Shown in pieces: positions 48,653 through 59,300 of a stretch of DNA of 64,000 bases. The position numbers and the translations under genes were made by a program. The stretch comes from an uncultured Acidobacteriota bacterium (GTDB lineage Bacteria > Acidobacteriota > JAQAZP01): assembly GCA_963836075.1 (NCBI GenBank), contig CAWIIB010000009.1, positions 384,001 through 448,000 of the forward strand. The letters are read 5' to 3'. The notes below the pieces were generated by a model, which did no database searches, was not told where the DNA came from, and was given only the letters and a program-made list of their open reading frames with translations. How positions within the stretch are numbered: position 1 is the first letter of the stretch; each line of letters begins with the position of its first letter.

Positions 48653-51145
48653 TCAATCAGCCGTGTCGAGGACGGCCTGCCAGCCGGCGGCTTCTTCGGG
48701 CCGGCCAACAGACTCAGTGACCTCCACCAGCATCTCGAGCAGTTGGGCCATCTTGGGGTGCTCGGGCCCGAAGCGGGTGGACATGATCCGGTAGGCCTCT
48801 TCCAGGTCCGGCAGCGCCTCGGCAGGCCGGCCGAGCCGCAGGCGGCACTCTCCGGCAGAATGGAGGGCGAATCCGCGGCCGATGAAATCCGGTGAGACCT
48901 CCTCGGCGAGGATGGCGGCGCTCTCTGCGGCGAGTGGTTCGGCCTCGGCGTAGCGCTGCTGGGCTGCGTAGAACGCCGCCAGATTGATGACACCCGCCAC
49001 CTGTTCGGGGTGTCGATCGCCGAGCACCCGCCGGCCGGTCTCGACGTTTTCAATATAGTAGGGCTCAGCTTCGTCGAAGCGGCCCTGGTCCTTGAGGATG
49101 ATGCCGAGATTGTTCACCCCCACCTGGGTCTGCTGGTGGTCGTTCCCCAGGATCCTGCGCATGGTCTCGAGCGCCTCCCGGGTCACTTTCTCGGCCTCGG
49201 CGTGTCGGCGAGCCAGACGCAGCAGCCAGCCGTAATTCGTCATCACCGACAGCGTGTGCGGGTGCTCCGTTCCAAATCGCTTCTCCAGAGCGGGGATCAG
49301 CTCGAGATAGAGGGCCTCGCTGCGCTCGAAGTCGAGCTGGTCCCCGGCCACCTGGGCCATGCTGTTGAGCAGGTCCAGCGTGGTTTCGTCATCGGGGCCG
49401 AGCGAGGTCCGGGCGATCTCCAGAACCGGTGTGCCGAGCGCGTCCGCCTCCTCGAGGCGATTCTGGTAGAGCAGGGTCTCCACCAGCACCGTGGTGGTGT
49501 TTACCACGTCGGGGTGGTCCTCACCGAGGACCTGGCGCTGCTTCTCCAGCACCTCCCGCAGCTCGGATTCCGCGGTTTCCAGATCACCGAGGAAGTAGCG
49601 GGCCGTCCCCAGATCGCTCTGCGCCCGCAGGGTTGCGGGAGCGAGCGGGCCGGCCACCTCCCGGTACAGCTGGAGAGACCGTTCCGCGTGGCCGGGAACC
49701 AGATCGAATTCACCAAGGTCCCGGTAGGTCGCCGCCAGCACCCGGCGCATTTCGGCTTCCACATCGGGCTGGTCGGCCAGCTCGGCGCCGATGCGAATTG
49801 CGGCCTTGTCGAGGATCTCCCGCAACATGGTGGTGTCCCGGCCGAGGGCCACCGAGGGGCCGACGCCGGCCAGCATGCTCTCCAGGAGCGCGGCCACCTG
49901 TTCGCTCTTGGCCGCGGCGGCATGCGCCCGTTCAGCTTCGCGCTCAGCGCGGACATACATGACCGAGGAGACGGCCAGCGCCGCAACGAGGGCGAGCAGC
50001 GCAGTGGCCGCGGCGCCAACCCAGGCCCGGTTGCGGCCGGCGAACTTGCGGATCTGGTACAGGGCACTTGGCGGGCGGGCATTGATCGGCTGGGAGGAGA
50101 GATAGCGGTCGATGTCCTCGGCCAGCGCCGCCGCCGACTCGTAGCGCCGTGCCGGCTCCTTTTCCAGCGCCTTGCCGACGATGTTCTCCACGTCCAGGTC
50201 CAGGCGGCCGATGCCGCTCCAGCTCTGGCGCAGCGGCCGCGGCGGTTCCTCGCAGATCACTCGAATCGCTTCGGCCAGGGCGGCACGCACGGTTTCGTAT
50301 GGCCGTTGCCCGGCCACCAGCTCGTAGAGGATGACGCCCAGGGCGTAGATATCGGTGCGCACATCCACCGCATCGGCCTCTCCCCGCGCCTGCTCCGGAC
50401 TCATGTAGGGCAGGGTGCCCTTGATCATCCCCACTTCGGTGGCCATGGTGGCCAGCACGTCCTGGTCGGTGAACCGGGCCAGCCCGAAATCGAGGATCTT
50501 CACCATGGGCAGCGGTGTGGTCTGACCACTCCCCGAGTAGGTGGTCTGCTCGTCGGTCACCAGGATGTTGGTCGGTTTCAGGTCACGGTGAATCACTCCC
50601 CGCTGGTGGGCATAGTGCACGGCCTGACAGAGCCCGGCGAACAGCCGCAACCGCAGTTTCAACTCGTCCGCAGTCACCTGCGACGGTCGCTGGGCAACCC
50701 AGCGGTCAAGGGTCAGGCCCCGGACCAGCTCCATGGCGAAGAAGTCACGGCCGTCGGCGGTGTGGCCCGACTCGTAGATCGCGGCGATATTGGGATGCTT
50801 CAGCCGGCCCAGAGTCTCCACCTCGCGGAGGAACATGCGGGCGTGCAGATCGTCCACCAGGTGGTGGCGGTGCGTCACCTTGATCGCCACCCGGCGCCTG
50901 GGGTGCTGCTGCTCAGCTTCATAGACCATGCCCATGGCCCCCTCGCCGAGCAGGCCGAGGATGCGATACCCCTCAATGTTTTCAGGAAGAGGCTGCGCAC
51001 CTCGCGGTGGACGGGGCGCTGACCGGTCGGTGGCGGCCAGGGTTTCCAGCTCGCCTGGAGTCGAGGGCTGGTCCGTGGCAGCCATGGTTTCCAACTCGTC
51101 TGGGACCGGGGGCTGCTCTTCCGGCCTGTTATCCTTGGGGTTCAT
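48653..51145 (-). CDS. Hanks-type Ser/Thr kinase with TM helix and C-terminal TPRs
   Basis: LGEGAMG, VAIK, HRDLKPTN, DFGLA, GTLPYMSPEQ, DIYALG; LGxDHP TPR repeats. Confidence 0.95.
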   Translation of the reverse strand: MNPKDNRPEEQPPVPDELETMAATDQPSTPGELETLAATDRSAPRPPRGAQPLPENIEGYRILGLLGEGAMGMVYEAEQQHPRRRVAIKVTHRHHLVDDLHARMFLREVETLGRLKHPNIAAIYESGHTADGRDFFAMELVRGLTLDRWVAQRPSQVTADELKLRLRLFAGLCQAVHYAHQRGVIHRDLKPTNILVTDEQTTYSGSGQTTPLPMVKILDFGLARFTDQDVLATMATEVGMIKGTLPYMSPEQARGEADAVDVRTDIYALGVILYELVAGQRPYETVRAALAEAIRVICEEPPRPLRQSWSGIGRLDLDVENIVGKALEKEPARRYESAAALAEDIDRYLSSQPINARPPSALYQIRKFAGRNRAWVGAAATALLALVAALAVSSVMYVRAEREAERAHAAAAKSEQVAALLESMLAGVGPSVALGRDTTMLREILDKAAIRIGAELADQPDVEAEMRRVLAATYRDLGEFDLVPGHAERSLQLYREVAGPLAPATLRAQSDLGTARYFLGDLETAESELREVLEKQRQVLGEDHPDVVNTTTVLVETLLYQNRLEEADALGTPVLEIARTSLGPDDETTLDLLNSMAQVAGDQLDFERSEALYLELIPALEKRFGTEHPHTLSVMTNYGWLLRLARRHAEAEKVTREALETMRRILGNDHQQTQVGVNNLGIILKDQGRFDEAEPYYIENVETGRRVLGDRHPEQVAGVINLAAFYAAQQRYAEAEPLAAESAAILAEEVSPDFIGRGFALHSAGECRLRLGRPAEALPDLEEAYRIMSTRFGPEHPKMAQLLEMLVEVTESVGRPEEAAGWQAVLDTAD

Positions 51146-51409
51146 CTGGTGATCCTTGTTGTCGCGTTACCCAATCCCGGCGTGGATGATGACCTGTCAT
51201 TATTTAAAAACATTGATCACCAAAGTCAAATCCGCAGTCCGGAGCGGAGGGGTACGTCCGCTCTGGTTGATTGGGCAGGTCTAACTGTGCAGCTAATGGT
51301 CCGGGCGGGGAATGGAACCTATTCGAGATTCCGTGGAGGCCAGGGGGTTGTCCGGCAAGGGGGCATCATAAGACGCGGAAAACCAGCGAAACCGGAGGGC
51401 ATTGACATG

Positions 51410-51545
51410 GTCAGAGGCCTGTTCCACCGGGAGGATGATGCCGTGCACCTCCTCGGCGACTTTCTCCGCCTGGCGCAGCTTCGAATAGCCCCGGCCTCCC
51501 CCGCCGCCGGCCAGGTCCTGGAACGATCGCTGCAGCGCCGTAACG
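51410..51545 (-). pseudogene. Degenerate remnant resembling a hydantoinase B/oxoprolinase C-terminus (copy A)
   Basis: Translates LAGGGGGRGYSKLRQAEKVAEEVHGIILPVEQA; DNA aligns with 63751-63776. Confidence 0.45.
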
Positions 51546-51555
51546 GCCTGTCACA

Positions 51556-51954
51556 TCACCGAAGCATTTCGAACAGATGATATCGTGCCGCCCGCCGATC
51601 GAAGGTGACGATTTTCTCGCAGCCGGCCGAATGTGCTGAACAAGCGATCAGCAGGTCCGGCAGGTCGACCTTCGAATCCCGTGCAACCCTGATAAACTGA
51701 CGAACAGCCGGTTGACTCTCGAACTCCAGGATTGGCATCAACAGCAGGTCATCCACGGCGTCCAGTATTTCCTCACGCCCGATATCGTACGCCGACTCCA
51801 ATGCCCGGATCGTCTGCAGTAGAACAAGGGTGGGGATATGAAAGGTCTCCCCGCCCTGCTCGGCGCGGGTGAACATTCGGTACACAGCCCTGGCTTGCTT
51901 CTCATCGTCTCTGACCAGGAATCGCACCAGCACATTCGTGTCCAGCGCCTTCAT
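51556..51954 (-). CDS. vapC: VapC (PIN) toxin
   Basis: [23 protein letters not shown]; Gln at the usual second acidic position (VLLQTI). Confidence 0.88.
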   Translation of the reverse strand: MKALDTNVLVRFLVRDDEKQARAVYRMFTRAEQGGETFHIPTLVLLQTIRALESAYDIGREEILDAVDDLLLMPILEFESQPAVRQFIRVARDSKVDLPDLLIACSAHSAGCEKIVTFDRRAARYHLFEMLR

Positions 51955-52199
51955 CTGCCGTCACCCCCGACTCCCCGCCGAACATGCTCGTCCATCTCCT
52001 CGATGGATACCGCCTTCCGGCCGGACCTGTGCAATCGTCCGAAAACATCATCCACCCGCCTGGTGACGGGCGTACACAGCACTCGGCCGTTCTCGTCGAG
52101 GATGAACTCCAGCTTGTCGCCGGAGTGGAGACCGAGTGCGTCCCGGATCGGTTTCGGGATGGTCACCTGCCCCTTCTTGGTCATTGTTGCCACGGCCAT
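51951..52199 (-). CDS. AbrB/MazE-family antitoxin
   Basis: [25 protein letters not shown]; ATGA overlap with toxin. Confidence 0.92.
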   Translation of the reverse strand: MAVATMTKKGQVTIPKPIRDALGLHSGDKLEFILDENGRVLCTPVTRRVDDVFGRLHRSGRKAVSIEEMDEHVRRGVGGDGR

Positions 52200-52209
52200 C
52201 TCCCGTTCT

Positions 52210-52245
52210 CCTTACTTTAATTAGATTCCTTACATTAAGGTAAGG
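52210..52245. promoter_or_regulatory. AbrB-VapC operator
   Basis: CCTTAC..CCTTAC-ATTAAG-GTAAGG direct plus inverted repeat upstream of the antitoxin. Confidence 0.6.
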
Positions 52246-52395
52246 CATATGTGGCTGGAAGTCAATGGCAGTGCAATATCGCTGCCAGTGGGAAACCGGC
52301 TGGATTGATTGACGCAGGGGATTCAGGGCGGGAACTCAGGTTGACACAAACGCTACCTGGCAACACACCCCGCAGCCGGGCGGTCTGCTCGCCGA

Positions 52396-52430
52396 GGGCC
52401 ACGCCGTAGGCTTCGCGGGCCTGGTCCAGG
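52396..52430. repeat. 35-bp direct repeat (copy B of the gene-end remnant)
   Basis: 33/35 identical to 63729-63763; minus strand encodes LDQAREAYGVA. Confidence 0.8.
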
Positions 52431-52464
52431 CCTCGACACACCGGCCCGACAATGAGGTTGTCCG

Positions 52465-52776
52465 CTACAGGTCGAGGGCAAAGATGACCGCCCGGCCGAC
52501 CTCCGCCATTTGCCTGGCGGACAGTTCAGTGATCCGGGATCCGATCTTTTTCCTGGAGACGGTCTGGAGGTGGTCGAGGTTGACGGCGCAGTCCCGTTTC
52601 ATTCCTTCGGCCTTGTCGAGGAAAACTTCGCTGGGGATATCCCGGATCGTGGTGGTGATCGGTGCAATGGTGACCTCACCGAGGTGTTCGATGATGGAGG
52701 TCCGGGTCAGAATAAGGACCGGACGTTTCTTGTCAGGGGATTTGAACCTGTACCAACGGATCTCACCCCTTTTCAT
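52465..52776 (-). CDS. mazF: MazF/PemK toxin
   Basis: MKRGEIRW..DKKRPVLILTR, VTIAPITT, VNLDHLQTVS. Confidence 0.92.
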   Translation of the reverse strand: MKRGEIRWYRFKSPDKKRPVLILTRTSIIEHLGEVTIAPITTTIRDIPSEVFLDKAEGMKRDCAVNLDHLQTVSRKKIGSRITELSARQMAEVGRAVIFALDL

Positions 52777-53006
52777 TCGTCCCCCCAATCCTGCTCATCC
52801 TCCCAGACCAGGAACTCATCACGAGCCACCGGGTATTTCTCGTATCCCTGCCGGTGCTTCAGCTCGAGCTGCTGCAGATTGAATTTGACGATGGCCTCAC
52901 GGAGGGCTTCGCGGGTGAAGGCCGACCTGGTGGTTTTCAACTTCCTGGCAATCCGGTCGACGGCTTCCACCAGTTCCTCATCGAGGGTCATCTGTACCGT
53001 TCTCAT
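52773..53006 (-). CDS. Ribbon-helix-helix antitoxin
   Basis: MRTVQMTLDEELV..TRSAFTREAL..HRQGY; overlaps toxin. Confidence 0.9.
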   Translation of the reverse strand: MRTVQMTLDEELVEAVDRIARKLKTTRSAFTREALREAIVKFNLQQLELKHRQGYEKYPVARDEFLVWEDEQDWGDE

Positions 53007-53029
53007 CCTGCACCTCGAAAAATGATATT

Positions 53030-53063
53030 GATATTTATAGCTATAGTAATAGCTATAAATATC
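53030..53063. promoter_or_regulatory. MazEF-type operator palindrome
   Basis: Perfect 15-bp IR GATATTTATAGCTAT-AGTA-ATAGCTATAAATATC. Confidence 0.75.
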
Positions 53064-53067
53064 AACG

Positions 53068-53526
53068 TCAAGCAGGATCCAATGCAAATGATTTTGAAGA
53101 TCGGAGGATGTTCTGTTCGCTCTGCTCAGCCCTGTCATCCATACCCTGTTCGTGAAGCGCTCCGATAAATGCGGCCACCATACGCCGGTTGGCGTACACG
53201 CAGCCCTTCGCCTCTTTGCAGTCGGTGCTCTTGATGAAGGTGTCGAGCGGCAGCGCGTTGCCCTCGCGCACCGCGAAACAGGCGTCGAACAGTTTCAGCT
53301 GAGCCTCGTGCACGGCGGGATCGAATTCGAGCATCGTCCTTACCATCAACGACCAGATGGGGGCAAGGTCCTCGATCCCCAAGGTTTCTTTGTGCGGAGT
53401 CCAGGTGTAGCTCCAAGTCTTGCCCGGGTCGAGGTTCAACCTGCCGGCCCGCCGGTTGCTGTAAAAGGCGCCCCCGGCCAGCAGCACGTTGATAGACGAT
53501 TTGCAGATCATCTGCACATCCACCGT
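53068..53526 (-). pseudogene. Chimeric remnant: internally deleted copy of the shared C-terminal domain fused to an unrelated fragment
   Basis: TVDVQMICKSS-INVLLAGGAFYSNRRAGRLNLDPGKTWSYTW aligns with INVTLAGGGYFPNWRAGFTNIAPLESFTASW. Confidence 0.55.
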
Positions 53527-53568
53527 GTTTAAGCCGGCGAGATTTCCTCAGAAATCACGGCTGTTCAA

Positions 53569-54498
53569 TTACGGAGTTGCAGCGGTAACCGTGCAGGCGA
53601 CACTGTCCGTGTCACCGGCAGCCGAATAGGGCGGCTGATTGTATGGAGCAGGTGTAACATCCTCGACGACCAACTGGAAAAGATTGTCGCCGATCACCAT
53701 ACCAATCGCCGGAATGTTTTGGAGCCAGGAGGTGGAATAGCTCGCTCCTGACGGCAGGTTTGTAAAACCAGCCCGCCAATTCGGATACGATGTACCGCTG
53801 GCAAGGTCAACATCGATGCGGGCCGCAAAGCGCCGGGACTGTTCGAGGTACAGGTTTTCCAGATTGATCGTCAGTTGAGTGCTGAACGGAACAATACCTG
53901 TAGATGGTTCGCAATTCAGGGTGGCCCGCACCGTTGATGTCTTGGTCACGGTTGCTTCCAGGCCGGTATTCCCGAAGGCGTACCCGCCATAAACGACGAA
54001 GTCCAGCGACGAGCCGGCAGCTGTCGATACATCCAGATTGAAGGCACCGGCATCGGTTGTCTGCCAGAGCCATTCGGATCCTTGTCTTATCCCAACCTGC
54101 ATAAGTCCGGAATCACCGGCGAGGAACTGACCGACGACGCTGAAAGAACCGGACGCAGGCGCGGTCCAGCGAACCACAGACGGGGCATGGTTGGCGCGCG
54201 GATGCAGTGCGACGTCTCCTGGTTGAATTCCATGAATTTCGCCCCCGCTGTCGTTTCTCCACACTTCGGGAGGGTGGGCTTCCGGATACCACACCGGGCA
54301 GGTCCCATACACGATTTCGGTGCTGGTAAACGGTGTGAAGTAAGAAAAGTCGATGGGCATTTCACCATAGGTCCAGACACCATTCGGATTTCCATTATCG
54401 ATACTGAAATCCGCGCATACATCGTGGATCATGTCGGCTTTCACAGGCATCACCAACAAAACGGACAATACAACTACGACCGCTGCCGGCTTGTTCAT
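53569..54498 (-). CDS. Secreted protein: beta-rich N-domain + shared C-terminal domain
   Basis: AAGGAG RBS, signal peptide VKA-D; NGNPNGVWTYG, LHP, VVRWTAP; ends EDVTPAPYNQPPYSAAGDTD..AATP. Confidence 0.88.
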   Translation of the reverse strand: MNKPAAVVVVLSVLLVMPVKADMIHDVCADFSIDNGNPNGVWTYGEMPIDFSYFTPFTSTEIVYGTCPVWYPEAHPPEVWRNDSGGEIHGIQPGDVALHPRANHAPSVVRWTAPASGSFSVVGQFLAGDSGLMQVGIRQGSEWLWQTTDAGAFNLDVSTAAGSSLDFVVYGGYAFGNTGLEATVTKTSTVRATLNCEPSTGIVPFSTQLTINLENLYLEQSRRFAARIDVDLASGTSYPNWRAGFTNLPSGASYSTSWLQNIPAIGMVIGDNLFQLVVEDVTPAPYNQPPYSAAGDTDSVACTVTAATP

Positions 54499-54915
54499 GA
54501 GGGACTCCTTCCTTTTTGCGAATCGTGCATCGTACTGGTTCGGGAACTATCATCAGGTTCAATCAATGGGGACGGGGATCGTCCAACCACCGGAAGCGGT
54601 CGCCGGAGCCGCCCCTCCCGCGGAAGTTCCCGACGATTCGAATCATTCGTCTACTCAGTAACGCGATGTTGAGATGGAATTCACGACAGGGGAATGCAGG
54701 TGTTTCCCGATGATTGACACGAAAAAGGGCAAAGGCTTGTACCGCGGCCCTTGGTGGCCGCGGATTTCAGCAATTTCTTAATCCCGCTGGCTGGCCACTC
54801 CCTCCGCATCATGGTGAAACTCATGTCGACTCTCTCTCGGTCTCCCCCTCAGGAACGGCCGTCCGTTCAAAGCTTGTATAATGAGGGATCATCCTTGATG
54901 GAAAATAATCCCTGA

Positions 54916-55500
54916 ATGTTCGATGGGGGATACAAGATTTTGGCAGCGACTCGTTCTACTGAATGGAAGGCCACGGTGGAGGCGCTCTATCGCAAGCACC
55001 ACCGGCTGCTGATCAGCAAGGCCTGGCAGTCCCTGAGGGACAAGAACCGGGTGGTGGACCTGGTTCAACAGGTGTTCACCAACCTGCTGGCCGCTGATCG
55101 AAATTTGGCTGGCAACGGCGAGGCGGAAAAATACCTCTTCACCGCCTTCCGCAACCTGCTGGTGGACCAGATCCGCCGGGGCAGCCGTTGGAAATACAGC
55201 TCGATCGAGGATGTCAATCCAAGCCGGGTGGCCTCCGACGCGCACCAGGAGGAGGAACTGATCAGCGAGCGGATGAGCGGTCGGGAACTGCCGCTGCCCC
55301 CGAAGCAGAAACGGGTCTTCGAAATGGCCTATTTCGAAGGGAAGAAGGACCGGGAAATTGCCGACGAACTGAAAATCAACATCCACACCCTTCAGCAGAG
55401 CCTGGTGCGCTCGCGACGGATGCTGGAGGCAATCCTGGTGGAGGAGCGCGGCATGAGCCGCGAGGAAGCGAGACGGCTCTTCTCACGCAAGAAATCGTGA
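54916..55500 (+). CDS. ECF sigma-70 factor
   Basis: DLVQQVF, YLFTAFRNLLVDQIR, LPPKQKRVF..EIADEL; start uncertain. Confidence 0.85.
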   Translation: MFDGGYKILAATRSTEWKATVEALYRKHHRLLISKAWQSLRDKNRVVDLVQQVFTNLLAADRNLAGNGEAEKYLFTAFRNLLVDQIRRGSRWKYSSIEDVNPSRVASDAHQEEELISERMSGRELPLPPKQKRVFEMAYFEGKKDREIADELKINIHTLQQSLVRSRRMLEAILVEERGMSREEARRLFSRKKS

Positions 55501-55560
55501 ACCGCTGAAGAGCGCCGTGGCGCGGACGGTGGCACCAGCACACTGAGGACGATCAGGACA

Positions 55561-56298
55561 ATGAGCGAGCTTCGCGAACTCTACGATCAATTGAAGGACG
55601 AGCAAGCCGACTGCCCGCCCGCCGAGACGATACGGCGGCATACGGAGGGTCGCCTGGAAGGTGCTGAGGCCCGCCGGGTGGCTTTCCACCTCGCCGACTG
55701 TGCCAACTGTGTGGGAATGCTGGAACGGCTCGATCCGGCCGACCCGCCTGACCTGCCTGCCGACCTGGGCGATGAGATGGCCGCCGAGATCGGCCGTCGT
55801 CTCGGTTTCGACACCGAAGAGCGAACCACAGAAGCCGGCGGACGGCTCGGACGCCTGCTGGGATTCCGGGTGCCGGCTCTGGTGCCGCTGGCCGTGGCCG
55901 CCCTGGCCCTGGCTTTATTCTGGTGGGTGGGTGGTTCGGTTCAACCGGCTGGCGATGCTCCGGAGGTGATCCGCCAGCTGCCCATCTTCACCATCGACCA
56001 GACACTGGCCCGCTCCCCAGGGAATGCGGAAGCCGGGCCGACCGTCACCACCGGTGAGCCGTTCGTCCTGGAGGTCTTTCTCGACCGTCTCGACCTGGAG
56101 CCAGGGGATCGGTTGCGCTTCGTCGTCACCGACCCGACCGCTGCCACGGTGCTCGACGGCGATACCGTCGTGCTACTGGACTACAATGTTCGCTTGGCCC
56201 TCACCTTCAGCAAGCCCGGCACCTACCAGGTCATGCTCGAGGATGCCGGAGGCCGTGAAGTGGAACGGGTGACGGCCGAGGTGACAACGGCGGAATAG
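55561..56298 (+). CDS. zf-HC2 anti-sigma factor with TM helix and extracytoplasmic Ig-like domain
   Basis: CP..HLADCANC; hydrophobic helix; beta-rich C-terminus PGTYQVML. Confidence 0.82.
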   Translation: MSELRELYDQLKDEQADCPPAETIRRHTEGRLEGAEARRVAFHLADCANCVGMLERLDPADPPDLPADLGDEMAAEIGRRLGFDTEERTTEAGGRLGRLLGFRVPALVPLAVAALALALFWWVGGSVQPAGDAPEVIRQLPIFTIDQTLARSPGNAEAGPTVTTGEPFVLEVFLDRLDLEPGDRLRFVVTDPTAATVLDGDTVVLLDYNVRLALTFSKPGTYQVMLEDAGGREVERVTAEVTTAE

Positions 56299-56363
56299 GC
56301 CGTTGTCCCGGCAAGGCCACAAGAAGGGGATGATGAACCTCGGTTGCGGTGATGAATCCACTT

Positions 56364-59300
56364 CTATCCCGGATCGCCGAGCAGGATGAAGGCCGCCCAG
56401 AAGTGGGGATCGGCGAATGGCCGGTAGCCTCCCGGTGCCCCGCCCACCGCATCCCCGCCGGGACCACGATCGGTGTTGTCAGCCAACTCGGCGCCCATGG
56501 AGCGCAGCTCCCTGCCGGTCACGTTGGCCAACCACTGTTTCGCCTCCTGCAGCGCCAGGGCCCGGGGAACCCTCTGCCCGGGTCTGAACCGCCGGTCGCC
56601 CACAATACGCTGTTCGGGGAACTTTCCCAACACGTTCTCGTAAAAGCGCGTCATCAGCAGCATGGTGGCCTGGTCATTGACCTTCCATAGGCTGAGCAGC
56701 AGGCTGCGCGCCCCGGCGATGAACATCGCCTGGGAGAAGCCGAGATAACCTTCACCCCCTGTTTCGCGGCCCAGGGCCGTCTCACATCCGCTGAGCGTCA
56801 CCAGCTCAGCGTCCAGGTCCCAGGTGCGGACGATCTGTTCGCCGGTGAGCCGGCCGTCATACACCATGCCGCCGGCGGATTGATCTACCGTGCGGGCCAG
56901 GATCAGCGCGGACTGCAGGGCCATCCGGTCATTCATCACCCCATGGGTGGCCAGGTGGATCACCCCGAATTGTTTCAATGTGCCGGCGGTGGACAGCTCG
57001 GCCAGCCGTTGCTCACTTGCCTCCTGCCCCAGCAGAACTTCATTGCTGCTCTTTGATTCCCCTGCAGTCTGGAAGAGACCGGCAATGGTTTCCACCTCGC
57101 GGCGGCTCCCGGGAAGCCGCCGGAAAGACTGATGGCGAGTCGGGCCCAAAGCAGCATCCATTTCACGTTGCACAAGCAGTGCCTCGGGCATCGGCTCCTG
57201 GGACGGCCGCAGACCGAGGCGCCCGTGCGAAAGCTCGAGCTCATGGGTCTCGCCGTCCCGCCACACGGTGATTGGAATCACTGGCGGATTTTCGGTCGCT
57301 TCACCAGCCGGCTGCGCGTTTTGCACCTTTTGCATGACCGGTCCGAGATCCGCGGCCGATCCCAGCGATTCCCCGCCGTAGGACAGGAGTACATCCCCTT
57401 CCCGAATCCCGCCGCGGTAAGCGGCCGAGTCGTCCATCACCATGGCCACCAGCACACCATGATCCGGCAGTTCCGCCGGGGCGGTCTTGATTCCGGGAAC
57501 GCTGCCGAAATCGGGGTCGCCAAGGGCCAGGAGCCGCGGAGGATCGGCAGCCAAAGGCGATGCCGCAGGCGCCCGCTTTTCCCGCAGCCAGGCATACATG
57601 GTGCCCGAGGGGGCATAGCTGACGGTGAAAGACGCGTCCAGGGCCTCGATGGGGATTCCGGACATCGCCCCGGCCGGGAGAACGATCAGGTGCTCAACGT
57701 CACCGAGGTGCGGCAGAAGCGGGGCCAGTCTTTGGCCCTTTAAACGGTCGAGGATCGCCCGATTCCGCCTCAAGGCGGACCGCCGCTGGGGCCGGCCCAG
57801 TATCTGGCGCACCCGGCTGGTCAGTCCGTCATCCGCCTCCGTCCAGGCCCCGCCCTCGCCACTGCCGGCCAGCCGCACCCAGGCCGGTGCTCCGGTCCGC
57901 CGCACCGCGCAGGCCCAGTGCTCGCCGTTGGGGTCGGCAGCGTGCGGTCCGGCGGCGATGTCCACCCAACCCACCAGGGCCGCATTCTCCGGCAATGATT
58001 TCCGGATGCGGTCCAGCTCGAAGACCTCGCCGGCCGCGGGCCCATAGCGCTCAGCCAGTTCGGCCTGGAACCGGGCCAGCTCGGCTTGCAGCCGGACCTG
58101 CTCGCCGCGCAAACGCTCGAACTCGCCCCCAGCCGATTCCTCGGCTCCGACTGCCGCACCGAGTTTCTCCTCGAGCCGGCTCAGCTTGCCGATGAGGCTG
58201 CTCTCCCGGTCCCGCTCGGCAGCGGTGAGCGAACGGGCGTACCGCGCCGAGATAGCGTCCAGCAAACCGCGGGCCTGGTTCTCCTCGAAGGCCGACCAGG
58301 CCGGTCCTGGTTTTTTATTTCGTGCCAGGCAAGCGGCCAGCGGCGCCAGCGGTGAAACCTGCTCGGCAAAATAGGCCCGCTCCAGGCCACCGGCGCTGAC
58401 CCGCAGCCTCGCCGTCTCGAAAACCGCCGCCGACTCCCGCCACAGCGATTCGGCCGCCTGGTACTCGCCAATGCCGGCCTTCAACCGCGCCAGGGAGTTG
58501 AGGCTGAGCATCACGTCGGGATGATCGTCGCCCAATACCCGGCGGCGGCCGTCCAGCTCCTTGCGGAAGAATCCCTCCGCCGTCTGGAATTCACCGCGGG
58601 CCAGGTGGAGGTGCCCCATCCTGCCCAGCGCCGACAGGGTGCGGGGATTGTTCTGCCCCAAAGCCCGCCGGTAACCGTCCAGCGAATGCTGGTAGAGTTG
58701 CTCGGCCTCGCCCAAATTGCCGCGGGCCTCGAGCACCAGCCCGAGATTCCCCTGAGAGTCGCAGACTTCCGGATGCCCTTGTTCCAACACCCGACGGCGG
58801 GTGTCGAGCGCCTGGCGCAAGAGGGATTCAGCCTCGCCATACTCCCCGAGCCGGTAGCGCAGAATGCCGAGGCTGTCCAGGGTACGAAGCGTTTGCGGAT
58901 GTTCCGGTCCCAGCGCCTGCCGCCGGTTGCGAAGGGTGATCTCCTGCACTTCCGCCGCCTCTTCCACCCGCCCCTGGTATTCCAACAGCCGGGCCAGGTT
59001 GTGCATCGAGGAGAGCGTGTTCGGGTGCCGGTCGCCCACTGTCCGCCGGTCCCCCTCCAACGCTTCCAGCTGCAGCGCCTCCGCCTCGGCCATCCGGCCC
59101 TGGGCCTTGAGCAGGCCGGCCAGGTTGAGGATGGTGGTCAGGGTCTGCGAGTGGTCTTCACCCAGGACTTTTCGGTTGGTGGTCATGGCTTCACGCATGA
59201 GCACTTCGGCTTCGGTGAACCGGCCCTGCAGTTTGATCACCAGGCCCAGGTTGGCGATGGTTGACAATGTCGAGGGATGCTCATCACCCAGCAGGCGACG

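Noticed and set aside
51149-51580. 143-aa plus-strand ORF between the kinase and VapC
   Set aside because: No RBS or family motif; overlaps the minus-strand remnant and the VapC end
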